Assembly (NCBI GenBank): GCA_020860905.1
Contig: JAJBTJ010000071.1
Coordinates: 1-63,279, forward strand
Source of the DNA: Parabacteroides sp.
GTDB taxonomy: Bacteria > Bacteroidota > Bacteroidia > Bacteroidales > Tannerellaceae
Direction of reading: 5' to 3'
DNA length: 63,279 bases
In this document: positions 60,515-63,279 of the stretch, piece by piece
Numbering within the stretch: position 1 is the stretch's first letter
Layout of the letters: each line of letters opens with the position of its first letter
Translations under genes and position numbers: made by a program
The notes under the pieces: generated by a model
Databases searched by the model: none
What the model saw: only the letters and a program-made list of their open reading frames with translations
Told to the model about the DNA's origin: nothing

Positions 60515-62869
60515 TCATTCCGTTTTGATACTCACCACCGGGTTCACAGTAGCCGCACGGTAGCTTTGCCAGAAAACGGTGACGAACGCCAGGAGCAGGC
60601 AAAACAGGCCGGAGCAGATAAATATCCACGGATTTAACGAGATACGGTAACTATATCCGGAAAGCCATTGCCGCATCAAGTACCAAACCAAGGGCGTTAC
60701 GATTACAAAAGCGATGACCACGTAATTAAGAAAGGTAAACAATAGCCGTACCAATACCTGCGATATACTGGAACCGAATACCTTGCGCACCGCTATTTCA
60801 CGGGAACGCTGCTGGATAAAATAGGTAGACATGGCAATCAACCCAAGCAACGATAACAGTATCGCAATAAACGCAAAAAGAACCAGGATTTTCGATGTTT
60901 TGCGTTGTTGGGCAAAAGATTCCTCTATCTGCCGGTCGATAAATTTACCGGGGAACTCCAGGTTCGTAATCCGTTCGTACACCTTTTTTATTTCGTTATA
61001 GGCTTTATACGGGTCGCCGGCTGTTTCCACCACGATATTCCAGGGATGAAAATCTTCCACTTTTTCCATCTGTAACAAAGTAGGGCGCGACTCGGCGACA
61101 ATGCTTCGAATCTGAAAATCTTTTACCATACCGGCTACCGGCACGTTACCCGCAAAAAAAGGCTCCAGGTTAAACGATTCTGCATCCTCGGCGAGTTCTA
61201 ATTCCTTGAAAGCCTGCTGGCTCAGAAAAAAAGCATTTCCGCCGGCCACATGGTTATCGCGTACTATATCGAACCCCAGCATCCGAAAATAAGTGCTGTC
61301 GCCTACAAACGACTGGAAGGAGATGTTTTTCCCGTCTTTGTGGTACGAATAATTATTTCCCCCGTCGAAAGGCATTCCCTGGCCGTATCCTACCCGTTTC
61401 ACCGATACCAGACGGGCCAACTCGTTTCCTACGGTTAAAACGGCTTGTTTATCGCCGTCCATTACCTCCATCACATTCACATCGACCAAGTTATGCGTAT
61501 TATATCCCAGCGGCGCCTGCACCAGGTGGTCGATTTGCAGTATCATCACCAGCGAAGCGGTTACCAGCGCAATGGTAATTATATTCTGGAAAGTGATAAA
61601 CACCTTGCTGAATACCATTTTGGTTTGTTGCCGGAAAGTACCTTTTACCACATCCACCGGCTGGGCATTCGAAATAATCCAGGCCGGCAACAAACCCGAC
61701 AAGCCGCCTATTACGACCAACAGAACCAGAATAAGCACCATATAAAGCGGCTGCGCCAAATAAGACAAGGTTATTTCCGTTTCGAGCAGATTACCGGCCG
61801 CCGGAACGAACAGATAAGCCAACAGCAAGCCGATAAAGAAAGAAAGAAAAGTAAGCAAAGTGGACTCCATCATCAACCGGGCGAACAACTCGCCCCGCGA
61901 AGAACCGAATAACCGGCGGGTTGCCATTTCCTTGGCGCGGAAGCCGGTTTGTGCCACAGCGAGGTTGATGTAATTGATGATGGCAAATACCAATATGAGG
62001 ATGCCTACTGAAAAAAGAATCAGCACGAACATTTTGTTGCCTTGATTTAATAGCAATCCGTCATGCCCCTCGAGGGGCGAAAAATAAACTTCTTTTATCG
62101 GAACAAAAGATACGGCTGCATTATTTCCGTGCTTATATATCCACACATTTTCTTTCAAATACTCCAGCAAATCGCTTTCTTTCGCTTTCAAATCGGCTCC
62201 GGGTACGGCCTGTACCAATATAGGCACCATACCGTAGTTGGAATAGGTATCGCTTGCCAACCCTTCGTTCCAGTACTTTATATTATCGATACGCAAAATA
62301 ATATCGCCGTACGGAATCACGGAATTTCGTATATCCTTCATCACGGCATTTACCGTAACGCTGACAGAATCCTGCAACCGCATCCGTTTACCCAGCGGGT
62401 CTTGTCCGGGAAACGCTTTCCGGGCGAACGACTCGGATATAACGGCATAATTGCGGGCTGCCAGCGGAGCGCGTCTATCCCCGTGAATAATGTCGAACGA
62501 AAGCATGTTGAAAAAAGTAGAATCGGCAAACACCAAGTCGGCATTCATTTTACTTTCCGGAAGCCGCACCATCGCTTTTTTGAGAACACTCATCATCGGG
62601 CATACTTCTTCTATTTCGGGATAGCGTTCTTTAATGCGGTCGGCGAGCCGGTAAGCAAAGCCGAACGATTTCTCTCCCGCTAAAAAATAAAGCCGGTCTT
62701 TATTCCGGTGGAAATCATCGATCGACAACTCTTGCCGGGTATACCCAGCAATCAGAATCACAAACATCAGGGATACCGACAACCCGAAAACTTCGATAAA
62801 AGTATACAACTTGTTCTTTCCCAAAAACTGAAAAAAGGAACTCAATTTAAAAATAGCCGGAATATTCAT
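60515..62869 (-). CDS. ABC transporter permease (MacB_PCD/FtsX double domain)
   Basis: NKLYTFIEVFGLSVSLMF, INYINL..AQ..FRAKEMATRRL.GS, QR.REIAVRKVFGS, A..NPV.SIK.E. Confidence 0.92.
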   Translation of the reverse strand: MNIPAIFKLSSFFQFLGKNKLYTFIEVFGLSVSLMFVILIAGYTRQELSIDDFHRNKDRLYFLAGEKSFGFAYRLADRIKERYPEIEEVCPMMSVLKKAMVRLPESKMNADLVFADSTFFNMLSFDIIHGDRRAPLAARNYAVISESFARKAFPGQDPLGKRMRLQDSVSVTVNAVMKDIRNSVIPYGDIILRIDNIKYWNEGLASDTYSNYGMVPILVQAVPGADLKAKESDLLEYLKENVWIYKHGNNAAVSFVPIKEVYFSPLEGHDGLLLNQGNKMFVLILFSVGILILVFAIINYINLAVAQTGFRAKEMATRRLFGSSRGELFARLMMESTLLTFLSFFIGLLLAYLFVPAAGNLLETEITLSYLAQPLYMVLILVLLVVIGGLSGLLPAWIISNAQPVDVVKGTFRQQTKMVFSKVFITFQNIITIALVTASLVMILQIDHLVQAPLGYNTHNLVDVNVMEVMDGDKQAVLTVGNELARLVSVKRVGYGQGMPFDGGNNYSYHKDGKNISFQSFVGDSTYFRMLGFDIVRDNHVAGGNAFFLSQQAFKELELAEDAESFNLEPFFAGNVPVAGMVKDFQIRSIVAESRPTLLQMEKVEDFHPWNIVVETAGDPYKAYNEIKKVYERITNLEFPGKFIDRQIEESFAQQRKTSKILVLFAFIAILLSLLGLIAMSTYFIQQRSREIAVRKVFGSSISQVLVRLLFTFLNYVVIAFVIVTPLVWYLMRQWLSGYSYRISLNPWIFICSGLFCLLLAFVTVFWQSYRAATVNPVVSIKTE

Positions 62870-62901
62870 TATACTCAGTATTAAATTCTGTCAAAGCTTT
62901 G

Positions 62902-63007
62902 ACAAAACGCATGCCAAACAAACAACCATTTAATTACAAGCTCTTTAAACAAAAAGGCCATGACTTCGCTGTCTAATATTTTAACAGCCCTGTCTAATAA
63001 TTTGACA
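62902..63007 (-). promoter_or_regulatory. Sigma-54 -24/-12 promoter with tandem upstream activator sites
   Basis: The - strand reads TGGCATG-CGTT-TTGT at 62916-62902; TGT-N11-ACA sites at 62970-62986 and 62991-63007. Confidence 0.7.
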
Positions 63008-63279
63008 AACCCGCCCGAACCCTCCGTATCCGGATTTTTTTTCTTGTCCGGCACGATAAAAAAAGACCCGTTATCCCAACGAGTCTTTCTTTTATTGTTT
63101 AAATTGGTTTTGGTCAAACTACATTCATAGCTAAGGCACGGCGGCAATCCGGCGGGTTCTCCTACTCCCGCGCCGCCATTGTGCTTTTCAAATTAACTAT
63201 TCGAACAAAATAAATAAGGAGGATCGTAAAATTAACGATTCTACTTTCCAGAAAAAAGTTAAGGGTTGCAACCCAGTGG

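Noticed and set aside
59623-60515. Prophage or ICE integrated at the tRNA
   Set aside because: No integrase and no duplicated tRNA 3' end (att) were seen.

Overview
Chromosomal window from a Bacteroidales bacterium (Tannerellaceae/Parabacteroides-like, inferred from gene content, a SusC/SusD pair and TAnnTTTG -7 promoters). Most of it is housekeeping: ychF, ppk1, lepB plus a paralog, dapB, rnhA, pdxB, kdsD, ruvB, pnp, greA, a fadD-like ligase, prfB with its programmed frameshift, and a tRNA-CAT. It also holds a surface-glycan/LOS cluster (13.7-23.6 kb), a SusC/SusD locus with phosphoesterases instead of glycoside hydrolases, and an RNA-chaperone operon. No integrase, transposase, phage or cas gene is visible. 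The most interesting signals are non-coding. (i) A promoter-containing 125-bp segment is bounded by perfect 27-bp inverted repeats and currently points away from a glycosyltransferase, suggesting an invertible promoter in the OFF state. (ii) A ~400-bp non-autonomous element is present twice in inverted orientation ~40 kb apart; one copy has a 14-bp flanking direct repeat, and the core of 21-bp palindromic units differs between the copies by nested inversions. (iii) There are two further repeat families, one supplying the rnhA promoter. (iv) There is a candidate sRNA, a greA leader terminator and a sigma-54 promoter with tandem enhancer sites. Four genes are frameshifted, several at simple repeats; this could be phase variation, decay or assembly error. 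All calls were made by eye without database searches.
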